Assembly (NCBI GenBank): GCA_030390025.1
Contig: JASTWF010000070.1
Location: forward strand, 248,001 to 312,000
Length of the DNA stretch: 64,000 nucleotides
Origin: Squalus acanthias
Taxonomy: Eukaryota
Reading direction: 5' to 3'
Shown: in pieces, positions 1-12,111 of the stretch
How positions within the stretch are numbered: the stretch's first letter is position 1
How the letters are laid out: every line of letters begins with the position of its first letter
Made by a program: the position numbers and the translations under genes
Notes under the pieces: generated by a model
What the model was told of the DNA's origin: nothing
Seen by the model: only the letters and a program-made list of their open reading frames with translations
Database searches by the model: none

Positions 1-2317
1 AAAAAGTGCTTCCCTCCTCAATGGCCGGGCTCTAATTTTAAGTTGATGTCCCCTGGTTCATGATTCCCCGACCGGAGTAAATCGTTTCTCTGTGTTGACC
101 CGATCGAATCCTTTTTCACATTTTAAACACCTCGATCTGTATCACCTCTGAATCTTCTAACCTCAAGGGAATACAGGCCAAGTTTATGCAACCCGTCCTC
201 GTAATTTAACCCTCTAAGCGGCGGTAGCATTCGGGTGCGGCAAGAGAGAGAGACAGAAACAGAGAGAGAGGAAAGTTCGGAGCTACACTGTGTAGTTCTG
301 ACATTGGGCACTGAATATGTCACTATGTTACACTGAGACTTGAACAGGAGAAAATTGCAGGGCTCTGCGGAAAGAGCAGGGGAGTGGGACTGATTGGAGA
401 GCTCTTTCAAAGTGCCGGCACTGGCACAATGGGCCGAATGGCCTCCTTCTGTGCTGTATGATTCTATGCTGTTCCTTACTTCTTCTCGATGTGTATGTGG
501 AATTATTCCTATTGTCCAGAGTCTGCACCGCCCGATTTTAAATAGATTGCTCGGAGCCGGCGAGAGAGTTAGCGGGGAATGCCAACCCATTTACCGTCAT
601 TTACAACTTTCAATGTTGCTGCTGGTTTTATTCCTGTGGCGTATTGTGCCCCTGACTGCAGCCGTCGGTTGTCCGGCTCTGGGCTGGGAGAGAGAGAGGA
701 CCCTCCCGAGACCCGCTGTCCCAGCACACAACCGGTTGGATCGACTCCCTGTCGCCAGCAACACCGGGACTAGTCGGGATTGTATTCATTTGCCGGGACT
801 GGTTTTATCCCGAATTTCCTGCTGCGATATTTAATCTGTCTCAGGTCATTATTTGCAATCTCCCCGCTGTTTATAGAGCAGAACCGCCGCTTTACCTTGG
901 AGCGGCACAATGACAATTACTGACCAGCCCCGTGTGTGTGAGTGAGACTGGGTGATGCTTGTTGAAGGGAGCTTTCTCTCCACCTCATTCTCTCGCTGCT
1001 GACCCTCTCCCTCCCCCAGGCTGTGTCTGCTGACTCTCCCTGTCCAGTGTCCCCCCGGGGATAGCGCCGAGGTCTTTAAAATTATGAAACGTTTTGATAG
1101 AGTAGACACAGAGAGAATGTTTCCACTGGTGGGGAAGGTCAAAACTATGAGCCATCAATATAAGAGAACACCAATAAATCAAATAGGGATTTTGTTACCC
1201 AGAGAGTGGTGAGAATGTGGTACTCACTACAACACGGATTGATTGAGGAAAATAGTATAGATTTAAGGGGAAGCTAAATAAGCACATGAGGGAGAAGGGA
1301 ATAGAGGGTTATGCTGATAGAGTTAGGTGTGGACGGATGGGAGGAGGCTGGAGTGGAGCATAAACGCCGGCATGGATTGGTTGGGACGATTGTCTGTTTG
1401 TGTGCTGCATATTCTGTGTAATTCTATGTAAAGCATTTACAATATTGGTAGGCAGAGTCACTACATTAATTCCCAGCCCGTGTACAATGTCCTCTCTTTA
1501 TTCAGTGAGCTCTTCAATACCCGGTAAAAGACACGGCTCAATTATCATCCCCGCAACATTTAAAGCCGATCAGTTTCTAACTCGCAATTCCACATGAATA
1601 TGATTCGCAAACAAAACTTCCGGGCAGTTATGGAATGATACAGCACAGAAGGAGGCCATTCGGCCCATCGTGCCTGTGGCGGCTCTTTGAAAGGGCTGCA
1701 TCAGTTTGAGATATCAGAACATAATGTGGACTCTCGGTGAAAAGCGATTCACTGCTCCGTGATTTCACCACTTTAATGTTAACACTGAACGGATTTTTAG
1801 ACAATCAAACGCTTTATTATATTCAAGTAAAAAGCCAAAAAAACTGCAATTACAGGAAATTAAATAAAAACAGAAAATGCTGGGAATACACGGCCGGTCG
1901 GTCAGTGTCTGTAACGGGAACAGACAGGTTAGTGCGGTTCCGGGGGTGTAACCTGCACCTGAACTGGTCAGTTACTGATCTTTCCGCCTCACTCATGCTG
2001 ACAGACCCGGTCTGTATTTCCAGCATTTTCTAGCATTTTCTGTGTTTAGTTTTCAAAAAATTCAGGAAGAATGCAATAAAGAAAGAAAGAATGAAGTACT
2101 TTTGAACCAAGTCACTTTTGTAATGTAGGCAGATGAATTGGCAGAGGAGCAGAGGAATTAGAGATTTAAGAATTTATTGGAACTCCTGTATTAATCAGTA
2201 ATTTATTTTAAAGTGAATGTTGTTCGGGGGTTCTTTGGGGTCTTTGATTTCAGATCAGAGCGTCCCACTGCTGACGGATTCCATAAACTAATGAATTTTC
2301 TCTGCCCCCACACGCAG

Positions 2318-2646
2318 GCAGCGAGGATCGAAGCCCATCGGTTCTTCTCCTGCCTCCCTCCTCGGACGAAATCGGCTCGGGCTCGGCCACTCTGTCCTGC
2401 CTGGTCAGTCGCTTTAAGCCGGGCTTGGTGCGGCTCCGCTGGAGCGTGGATGGCCAAGAGACAGACAGCGGGGTGACGACAGGCGCCGTGTCCCCGGACA
2501 GCGATCAAACCTACAGCCTGAGCAGTTACCTGAGAGTCCCCGCCGCCGCCTGGAACAAAGGCTCCAGCTATTCCTGCAGCGTCAGCCACGGCTCCCTGAG
2601 CTCGCCTCTTCTCAAGACCATCAGCGCCTCTTCGTGTTCCGACTGA
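2318..2646 (+). CDS. Ig light chain constant exon, sigma-cart/type I (NS5-like), cluster copy 0; its L and VJ exons lie upstream of the window
   Basis: Acceptor cacgcag|GC. Translates (x)SEDRSPSVLLLPPSSDEIGSGSATLSCLVSRFKPGLVRLRWSVDGQETDSGVTTGAVSPDSDQTYSLSSYLRVPAAAWNKGSSYSCSVSHGSLSSPLLKTISASSCSD*. C1-set Cys/Trp/Cys plus a C-terminal interchain Cys. Isotype assigned from recalled similarity to shark type I CL. Confidence 0.93.
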
Positions 2647-2945
2647 GGCGGTGCGAGTTGGCAGTGGTGTTTGATTTTTGCTCGTGTTTAATATAATGAA
2701 ACAGATCATTCGATGTGTGCAATCAACCTTTTTTGCAATGTAATCGCTGTAGCAATTTCAGTTGTTAGCAAACAAGCTGAATGTTTAATAATATCAGAAG
2801 AGAACAAAATGATTGTGAGATGGAACTTTCTGTACAATTGTCCCCAATATCTTGTGTGTAAACTTTCGCTGTGTGTAGAATGTGGACAGATTTCCCCTTA
2901 GTCTGTGATCATATTGTGATTGGCAACTTGTGTATCACAGCTCTT

Positions 2946-2951
2946 AATAAA
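2946..2951 (+). terminator. Polyadenylation signal of IgL copy 0 (equivalents at 16005-16010 and 63315-63320)
   Basis: AATAAA about 300 nt after the stop codon, at the same position in all three copies. Confidence 0.75.
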
Positions 2952-3559
2952 CATGAAATGCTGCCACGAGCCTAAAACGGTCCGTCTTTACTCAGCACTT
3001 AAAGGGACATTGAGTGGATTACATAGAATGTACAGCACAAACAGACTATTCAGTCAAATCAGTCTATGTCGGTGTTTATGCTCCACACGAACCTCCTCCC
3101 ACCCCTATTTCATCTCACTCCATCAACATATCCTTCTATTCCTTTCTCCCTCATGTACTCATCGAGCTTCCCCTGAAATGCTTCTCTGCTATTCGACTCA
3201 GCTACTCCATATGGTAGCGTGTTCCACATTCTCAGCACTCTCTGGGTATAAAAGATTGCTCCTGTATTCCCTATTGGATTTCTTAATTTTAAGGTTATGC
3301 TTCCTTGTTCTTGACGTCCCCCCACCGGAGGAGTGGTTTTATCTCTGTCTACCCTATCAATCCCTCACAAAATCCTAAAAACCTCAATCAAATCACCCCT
3401 TATCATTACATATTCCAGCCAATACAAGCCTAGTTTATCTGATCTCTCCTCGTAATGTAAACCTTGGATCCCTGGTATCATTCCGGTGAATCTGCGCTGA
3501 ACTCCCTCCAGTATATTCTTTCTGATATGGTGTGTCCAGAACCTGTACACAGTGCTCCA

Positions 3560-4225
3560 GATACTGGATTATTTAAGTAGGGTGGGAGAGAGAAACCAGG
3601 CCACTACCGGACTGTCAGTTTAACGTCAGTTGTGGGGAAGTTAACATAATCTGTCATTAAGGATAGAGTGACTGATCACTTCTGCAAATATGAGCTGATC
3701 AGAGCGGGCCAACATGGCTTTCTTAAAGGTAAATCATGTCTGACTAATGTAGTTGCATTTCTTGAGGAGGTCACTAATCAGATAGAGAAAGGAGTGTCTA
3801 TGGATGTTATCTATATGGACTCCCAGAAGGCATTCAATAAGGTTCCACATTAAAGATTATTGGACAAGTTGAGACCCCATGGAATTGGGGGGAGCCTTTT
3901 GATTTGGGTTGGAGTTTGGATGGGAAGTAAGAGAGAGAGAGTCGGGATAAAGAGTAGGTACTCAGATTGGCGGGATGTGACAAGTGGTGTTCCCCAGGGA
4001 TCTGTTCTGGGGCCTCAATCTTTCCACCGCATATATTAATGAGTTGGATGAAGGAATAGGGAGTTGTATATCCACGTTTGCAGGTGGTGTTAAATTAGGA
4101 GGCACAGTAACTTGTGTAGATGGGAGCAACAATTTGGAAGGGGATATGTACAGGTTGTGGGTGGACTGAAATATGACAGATGTCGCTCAATGTGGGGGAG
4201 TGTGAGGTAATCCACTGTGGACCTA
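3560..4225 (+). mobile_element. Degenerate CR1 LINE ORF2 (RT) fragment
   Basis: [29 protein letters not shown] and GVPQGSVLG-like motifs, broken by stops. Confidence 0.85.
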
Positions 4226-4997
4226 CTCCTGTTCCTGTGCTCCTAGATCAGCAAGTGAAGATTCTGAATTTGGTTAATCATACACGTGAAATGTCCAGAG
4301 AACACTGGACAGAGAGTGTCGCCAATGAGCATGTGGAAGGCTGGTGGGGGAGGCGAGTTTACCTATTAATCCTGCGTGCGTACGTAAATAATCACACGTA
4401 ATATGAACGTGATGACGGCCGAGCACTGTGCTTACCTTGCATAATTAAATAGCTGCGTTTGTGAGTACAATTGAGATCATTCTCATAGCACTGGAGGTGC
4501 TATGTTTCTATAAGTGTATTGATAAATAAAGATTATTAATCTCTCAGTATCTTGAGTCCACCAGTATATATTACAGTGAAGGATAAGGATTATTCTGACG
4601 CCACACATCTCGTGGCTGTTTGATTTCCAAACCTTAAGCTTCTGTAGATCGGTGCTGAGAACCCATGTGTCACTTTGGCGCCCTAGCTTCAAAAGTGAAA
4701 TTATTCCATTGCAGGCCATTCATTAAAAAGCGCCACGCATCATTCCGGGATTAGATTACGAAAGAGATTGCTAAAACTCAGTCTGGTTCCGTTGCTCAAT
4801 CAAGTATTGAAAGGGGACATCATCCAGGTCGGAAAAGCACAGATAATGAACGTATGGTCAGGGTCTTTGGGATGGGCTGTGAACGAGGAACTGAAGGATA
4901 GCATAGGAACTACACGCGGGGCAGCAAAAGAGGAACAATGAACAATTCCCACACAGTATCGTAGATCGGTGTCAAAGACTCCCTGTGGTGACACTTA

Positions 4998-7130
4998 GAC
5001 CGCGATTTCCCCTAACTGGGCGAGTCCGTGGCGGGCGAGGTCGTTGGCGGGTCCCGGTCTCGCTGCTGGCTGCATCGCGGCCTCCGACATGACTTTCTTC
5101 TGATTGGACTTGTTGAGCCCCCGCATCGAGTTTCCCGGCCAATTGAAGGAAGCGGGCCTGATGACGTCATTTCATGGCGCGTCATCAGCCGGTTTTATTA
5201 AAGGTACCATGCACAAATTTAGTTTGACATTTGAGCTGTTCCTCTTCTGCAGAATTGAAGTGCGGCAAACATTGACAAGCACTTCACAGAGTTGCACGGT
5301 CGCACCCAAGCTCTCCCATGACTCCCTCCAGAGCACGTAGGAAAACTCTTTTCCCTTCCAAAGAGACCTCCCCAGGAGACCAACGCAGCCTGGTTGCACA
5401 TTGCACAGGAGGACACAAGCAGGGATATCATCAGGAGGACCAGGCTTCAGTGTCGCAAACCTTTCAATGATCTCAGTAGAACACGAGACGTAATGCAAAG
5501 ACACACTCAACCTCATCCTGCTGTGCCACTCATCACATCCCCATCACTCTGTCTTCCCTGTCCTACTCCTGCACAGGCTTACTCACACCAACTAACCTTG
5601 CACCTCTACCCATCACTCTCTATCTACATTATCACTTCCACATCTCACTAGCCACCCCTCACACTCACCCTAATCCTAGTCCAATCATACCAACTAACAA
5701 CACATCAGGGTTTTGTGTTTTAGCCAATGTTCATTTGACATTTCTGCTAATGTGCTATCGACAGCTTGGTGTGCTATTTTGGAAGTGGCTTAGTGAGTTG
5801 CAGTGAATGGTAAAACATAATCGTACCCCCACCCCCGCAATGCTGATGAGTGGGAAAGGAATGGCTTGGGCATTGTAGGGATGCTTTACGTTGTTGGTGT
5901 GGGGTAGTGCCACCTGGAGCATCATGTGGCAGCCAGGGTGTGGAGCGTCAAGTGAAGTAAACCTGGCCACGATGAGCCCATCCCTGGCGTCCCGGGCAGC
6001 AATGTGGTTGGGTACTGATGCCCGCTGTCCTGTGCAGCATCAGGTGATTGCGGAGGAGGTTGGTGTGGTTGTTGATGCTGCTGTTGTGCCTGGTGATGCT
6101 GGTGTTGCGGCTGAACGTGCTCGCATTCTGAGGACCAAGGTGAGAGAATATAAACGGTACCCATGCAGATGGAATAGATGGCAGGTGAACTTGAGTTGAG
6201 AGAAGGAATCTGTCAATGGTGACAGCAGTCGTTCCAATGAGGTGACGCAGGGCAGAGAGTTTGCTCCAAACACTTGCAAACTGCGTAAAGCTCAATCTCG
6301 CTTCCAAATGCAGTAAGCAATAGCTTTTGAGCTTGGAAAGTGAACAGCTGTGAGAAGGGAGCTTTTAAGCACATTTCCAGATGTCAAGTAATGAGATGAT
6401 TCCATGACCATTCAACTCACGCCCAGCTTAACAGATGTAATCCCCAGTAGCCTGGGCCCCGTTGGCGAGCTGGTAAATTCTAAAGGTGAGCTCAAAATTG
6501 TTGTTACTCCGCTGTTAACAAGGTCATAAAGGCCTGAATTGCCTCCCCCGCCGCTGCGTGTCGGGTCTGTTCAGCGCTGACAGACCCGCATCAGGTAAAG
6601 GCGCGTGGTGGCGGGTTGACAGCGGGGTCCCGACCACTGTAAAAAAACACACTTTCCCACCTGACCCGCCACCGATCCCGCCCACTGAAAAGATGGAAAA
6701 TCCCCCCCGAAGATTGCAGTTAGACTTTAGGTTGGTGTCGGTTAGTACAGACCGAGCTGGAGTTTTCCGTGGTGATAGCGGGCCAGATCGGTGGGGGATC
6801 GGGTGGGGATGTTGATATTTTTGTCAGCGTGTCAGGATCCCGCCGTCATCTCGCGCCCATGCCCCTTAGTGCAACGACAGCACGATGTGAGATTAAACTT
6901 CAACTGTGATGTGGCCATGGTCCCTTTAAAGATCTTTGCTGAAAACGCGTCATGAATGACGTCACCAGACCCGCTCCATCTCATTGGGCCTGGTAATGCG
7001 CTGGGCGGGCTTAATAGGCCCCATTGAGGTAAGTTAATTATCCACAGCTTGATGGAGCCAGCAGCGGCGTCGCGACCCGCCTTGGCCACCGCTCACACCG
7101 GACCCGCCCAGCTAAGCAAAGATCTGGCAT
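4998..7130. mobile_element. PIF/Harbinger-type DNA transposon relic with long imperfect TIRs
   Basis: About 4998-5212 aligns by eye with the reverse complement of about 6916-7130. TTA precedes the left end. The + strand has a Myb/SANT-like remnant (AWLHIAQEDTSRDIIRRTRLQCRKPFNDL, about 5385-5480). The - strand has a Q/H/P-rich segment (5922-6164) resembling the start of a Harbinger nuclease. Confidence 0.7.
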
Positions 7131-8699
7131 TGACTCCAAAGCGAAAGGACAATCCTGGAGGTGTGAATTCGGCGAAATGACACTCCTGTCACTTAAAGTG
7201 CTCCACTTTTTCGACTACCTCGCAGATTTCTGAACATTTCAAATTTTTACTGTTGGGAGTGAAACTGCGTGGATCCCAATCTGTCCCGCGCCCTTCTCTA
7301 AACCTCTCCGCCTCACTCTTCACCTTTAAGACCCTCCTTAAAACCCACCTCTCTGAGCAAGCTTTTGGTCACCTGTCCTAATATCACCTTATGTGGCTCG
7401 GTGTCAAATTTTGTTTGTTAAGCGCTCCTGTGAAGCACCTTGGGGCGTTTTACTACGTTAAATGCGCTATATAAATGCAACTTGCTGTTGATGCTATGTA
7501 ACCTACATAAAGTGAGCTTAGAATACGTTATTGATCCAGCAATTCATTCCTGAACCCTAGATGACCTGGGAACTGTATTGGAGGATTGGCTGGGAATAAG
7601 ATGGGCGGGAGAGAGTGGGGGGTTAAATATAAAAAATGGGGCAACGCCACACCAGCCCACCGTAAAAAGCTCCTGCCGCCATATTTAAGCTCTCAGGCGG
7701 GAAACCTCATTATAATATTTAAATCAGTTTCCCACAGTGCAGTTGGGAGCCTAACTTATGTTTAACGGCTGCGAGCCGGGATTCCCGGAGCTCAGGAAAT
7801 CCAGTATCGAAATCTTCCCTTAACCTTCCATGCTCTAAGGTGAACAATCCCAGCCTCTCCAGTCTCTCCACATAAGTGAAGTCACGCATCTCTGGTACCA
7901 TTCTAGTAAATCTCCTTTGCACCCTCCCCAAGGTCTTGACATCCTTCTTAAAGTGTGCTGCTCAGAAATGGCCACAATACTCCAGCTGAGACCTAACCAG
8001 TGTTTATAAAGGTTTAGCATAACGTGCTTGCTTTTGTTACCTATGCCTCTATTTTAAGAGTCTTCTCAACTTGTCCGGCGACCTTCAAAGATTTGTGTCC
8101 CTGAACCCCAGGTCTCTCTGCTCCTGCACCCACTTCACTAACTGAAATGGAGCTATAAACCCTGTCAACATGTTTCCAGAAAGGCGCACTTTACTAGTAA
8201 TAATTAATAATTCTTCACGTTTCCTGCTTTCCATATTAATCTCCGGTTGTGATAATTTATAAATGCCAACTTCCTCATTGCTATATTTCTCCTGCATAAT
8301 TTACTTCTATGTGAGTAGATGCGATGTGTGCAGCTGTATTATGGAATTAGGTAACATGCTAAATACTGTAAAAAAAACTAATAGCTCCTCTGGGTAACAC
8401 ACACATATGTAACAGTAACCTATTTTACGCACATTATTTGTATTGTGTAACTATCACTGCATTTTGCTGGATAAATGACCCAGTTTTTACCGGGAGAGGT
8501 TGCTATAGCTTCGGTCATGAGTTCTGTTTGCTGTAGTTCTAAGCGACTCTTTTTAAATAGACTCTGTAGACTGTTTGGTGTAATGCGCTGTTTAAATAGA
8601 ATCTGTTTGCTGTGTAAATAGAGTTTGTTTGCTGTAAGATAGACTGTTTGTTGTGAGTCCTGTCTAAAGCCGCGTCCTGTATCCTACAGCAAGAGCAAA

Positions 8700-9150
8700 A
8701 AACAACTTGTATTTATATAGCCCATTTAACGACCACTGGACATCCGAACGGGCTTTACAGCCAATTAATTACTTTTTGAAGTGTAGTCACTTTTGCAATG
8801 TAGCAATTGCGGTAGCCAATTTGCGCAGAGCAAGCTCCCACAAACAGCAATGTGATAATGCCCAAATCATCTGTTTTAATGATATTGATTGAGTGATAAA
8901 TATTGGCCTCAGGACACCGGGGAGGAGTCCCCTGCTCTTCTTCGAAAAAGTGGCTGTGGGTTCCTGTACATCCACGGCACCTCGGTTTAACGTTTAATCT
9001 GAAAGACGGCACCTCCGACAGTGCAGCGCTCCCTCAGTACAGCACCGGGAGTGTCAGCATAGATGTTTGTGCTCGAGTCTCACGGAGTGAGGAATTGAAC
9101 TCCCAACTCTCTTGACTCAGAGGCGAGGGTGCGACCCTCTGAGCCACAGC
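8700..9150 (-). mobile_element. tRNA-derived shark SINE (SacSINE1/DeuSINE-like)
   Basis: The - strand has a tRNA-like head followed by the core ctgcactgtcggaggtgccgtctttc. Absent from the paralogous position upstream of IgL copy 2. Confidence 0.75.
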
Positions 9151-9199
9151 GTCAACGGATCACTTTTAACGCCATAAAACCTCACAAAGTGCATCACAA

Positions 9200-10050
9200 G
9201 AACGTCATCTAATAGGACAATAAACCACATAAGGAGACATTAGGACAGGTGAACAAAAGCTTGGTCAAGGAGGAAGGTTTTAAGGAGCGTCTTAAAGGGG
9301 GAAAGGCAGGTAGAGAGGGGGAGACGTTTAGGGGGGTAATTCCAGACCTTAGGGCCTTGGCAACTGGAAACTCGGCCGCCAATGGTGGGGCAATTAAAAT
9401 CAGGGAGAATTGGAAGAGTGCAGAGATTTCTGAGGGTTGTAGGGCTGGAGGAGGTTACCGAGCTAGGGAGGGGGACGAGATCAAGGAGGGATTTGAAAAC
9501 AAAGACCAGATTTTTAAAATCGAGAAGTTGCTTATCGGTGGGCCAATGTAGGTCAGTCAGCACAGGAGTGATGGGTGAAGGGGAGTTGGTACGAGTTCAG
9601 TCACGGGCAGCAGAGTTTTGAATGACCTCAGGTTTACGGAGTGAAGAAAGTAGGAGGAGTCCCAAGAGTGCATTGGAATAGTCACGTCCAGAGATAACAA
9701 AAGCACGGATGAGGCTTTCAGCAGCAGGTGAGCTGACCTGGGGCGGAGTCGGGCGATGTTATGGAGGTGGAAATATGCTGTCTTAGTGATGGCACAGATA
9801 TGTGGTCGGAAGCTCAGCTCAGATATGACATCAAGTTTGCGAAATGTCTGGTTCAGCCTCAGAGATTTACCAAGGAGACGGATAGGGTCAGTGGTGAGCG
9901 ACAGCAATTTGTGGCGGAGACCAAAGGCAATGGCTTTGGTAATCCCAATATTTAGTTGGAGGACATTTCTGCTCATCCAGTGCTGGATGCTGGACAAGCA
10001 GTGTGGTAATTTAGAGAGATTGGAGGGGTGGAGGAGGTGGTGGTGATATA
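9200..10050 (-). mobile_element. L2-clade LINE 3' fragment (paralogue at about 54200-55045)
   Basis: CLSSIQHWMSRNVLQLN and ITKTAYFHLHNIARLRP motifs, shared by both IgL upstream regions. Confidence 0.75.
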
Positions 10051-11419
10051 GAGCTGACACAGTGGTGTCAATAGACACGCTGATCTTGGCTATTGCCCAA
10101 TGTGGAACTACAGTTCCCAAGGTGCAGTGCGCGGTGTGGCCAGTGCTCTGCAATAATTGGTTCTCCAGTCAGCCGTGTCAGTGTCAGCAGTGACAATGCT
10201 CTGGGGACCTTTGCAAGGTTGAGAGAGCAGCTCCAGTCACAGCACCAAAGCCCCTTTAATAATATTAACCGACCAGAGGAATCAGTGATCAGTTCAAGCG
10301 CAGAAACAGAACCAAGCACCTGGGCTTCACCGAAAAGCCCCTTGTCCTGGTGAGGACCAATCCCTGCCTGAATTCAGTGCCGGCTACTCCAGGGGGCGAG
10401 AATTCCTCCGGCCGCTCTGTGTGTTTTTCTAAGAAACAGAGGAATACCTAACTTCACAGTTATACAATTCAGATATTTAATAAACAAAAAATATTATTCA
10501 TTTGACGCTAATATCTCGAGACAACCCAATTATTAACAAATTGCTACTTGTTTCTTTCGCCCTCAAGTAACTGACACCAACCAGTTTCAATCTGACTTTT
10601 AAAAGCATGAACCAAGACTCAGTGTGGGGAGTTAGGGATTGACTCCAAACAGGGGAAATGTTCAACATCACAGAGCCCCAGAAACAACTGACCGCGCCGC
10701 TTAATAATTCAACTGGAACAGGGTTTAATACGGGAACTGCGCGCATTAATGGGCCCGCAGCAAATAAAAGGCGAGGTGTCATTTTATTAATATTGTGCCG
10801 AGTTTTCTTTGTCCTCCTGAGTTTTAAAGGGGATGACTCAGACTATAATTGAACAACTTCTCTTTAATCCGGGGCAGTGTGCAAAATGCCGCTTTCTTCC
10901 CCTCTTTCTCATTCATCTAATTAGCTCTTTACTGCGCCTCAGGAATATTCTCATCAGAAATATATTTACATACTGAATCCCAAATCATATTTCTCAATTG
11001 AAACCTCAATTTTAAAGGGATTGACAAATCCGGGGTTGTCTTGCTGCTGATTTAGAGAAGTGGGCGTCAGTCTATTATGAAATATGTATTTTAGGGGGAA
11101 AAGATTATTTTAAAATCTGATGCAGTATATCGGAGAGTAACAGCGCGTTATCAGAACGATTCCGGCCGAAGTGTATCAGCTGAACCGTATCTCTACAATC
11201 CACCCCTCATTTTTCTGGGGTAGAACACAGCCTAAATATTCATTATCGGAAAATTCTTCGGAATCTTGGTACCTTCCCTGAACAGAAACTCCAATTAGCG
11301 TTTAAACATTTGTATATTAAATGTTTAAGTTTGTAATAAATTAATCAGGCACAAATAGATTTAAATAAAAATCCCGAATTAAAAATCTGCCTCATTCCTT
11401 TTCCTGGCTCCTCCCAGCT

Positions 11420-11440
11420 ATTTGCATACCGGTAATAAAT
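11420..11440 (+). promoter_or_regulatory. IgL V promoter: octamer plus TATA-like element (copy 1)
   Basis: ATTTGCAT at 11420-11427 in light-chain orientation, then TAATAAAT, about 130 nt before the leader ATG. Conserved in copy 2. Confidence 0.85.
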
Positions 11441-11558
11441 TGACCCGGAGTCTCGGGTTTGCAGACACTGTAACCGGACCGGGTCCCGGAGTTTACAGGA
11501 ACAGCGCACGGTTCAGTCAGAAATTTGAGTGGCGGCTGTTGGCGCTTCTCCGGAGGAA

Positions 11559-11607
11559 ATGGCTCCAGCGATGCATCTCCTGTGGGCTCTGCTGATCCAT
11601 TTAACAG
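11559..11607 (+). pseudogene. IgL copy 1 leader exon
   Basis: MAPAMHLLWALLIHLT(G), phase-1 donor CAG|gtgaga. Confidence 0.9.
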
Positions 11608-11759
11608 GTGAGAGACGGATGGTTTTAGACACGGGTTTATCCGCAACTAAATCGGTTCAATACCGAGAATCGGGCGGTTTTCTCTCCGTGTTTATTGAGG
11701 CATTAACGTCCTATTTGCTCCAAGTCTCTGAATGGGTTGATTTTTTTCTTTTATTGAAG

Positions 11760-12111
11760 GTGTTCTGGCGGCTCCTGTCCTCAATCGGTCCCCAATATCC
11801 GATCCTGTCTCCGCGGGCCAGACCGTCCGGTTACAGTGTGCGATGCAGAACGGGGCTGTGGGCAGCAATCGTGTACTGGTTCCGACAGCGACCCGGGGAA
11901 GCTCCGGTGTGGGTGCTAACATATGAAACAGATAATGATATATACCGAGGCACCGGCTTCACAGATCGTTTTCAACCTTCCAGAGATGCCTCCGGTAACA
12001 GTTACATTCTGACCATCGGAACCCTGGTGCCCGGTGACTCCGCCGTCTATTACTGTGCTGTGTGGGCTCCGGGATACATCTTCGGACCGGGGACCGCCCT
12101 GAGTATAAAGA
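11760..12111 (+). pseudogene. IgL copy 1 germline-joined VJ exon with a 2-nt frameshift in CDR1
   Basis: VLAAPVLNRSPISDPVSAGQTVRLQCAMQNGAVGSN//VYWFRQRPGEAPVWVLTYETDNDIYRGTGFTDRFQPSRDASGNSYILTIGTLVPGDSAVYYCAVWAPGYIFGPGTALSIK, donor A|gtaagt. The exon is 352 nt against 354 nt in copy 2. The shifted frame stops at TGA 11924-11926. No RSS. Confidence 0.88.

Noticed and set aside
2203-2709. Antisense ORFs over the CL exons (also 15306-15761 and 62562-63068)
   Set aside because: Shadow frames of GC-rich coding exons.
10058-10100. CACAGTG heptamer upstream of the IgL V (also at about 55049)
   Set aside because: No nonamer at 12 or 23 nt spacing and not adjacent to a V or J end, so not an RSS.
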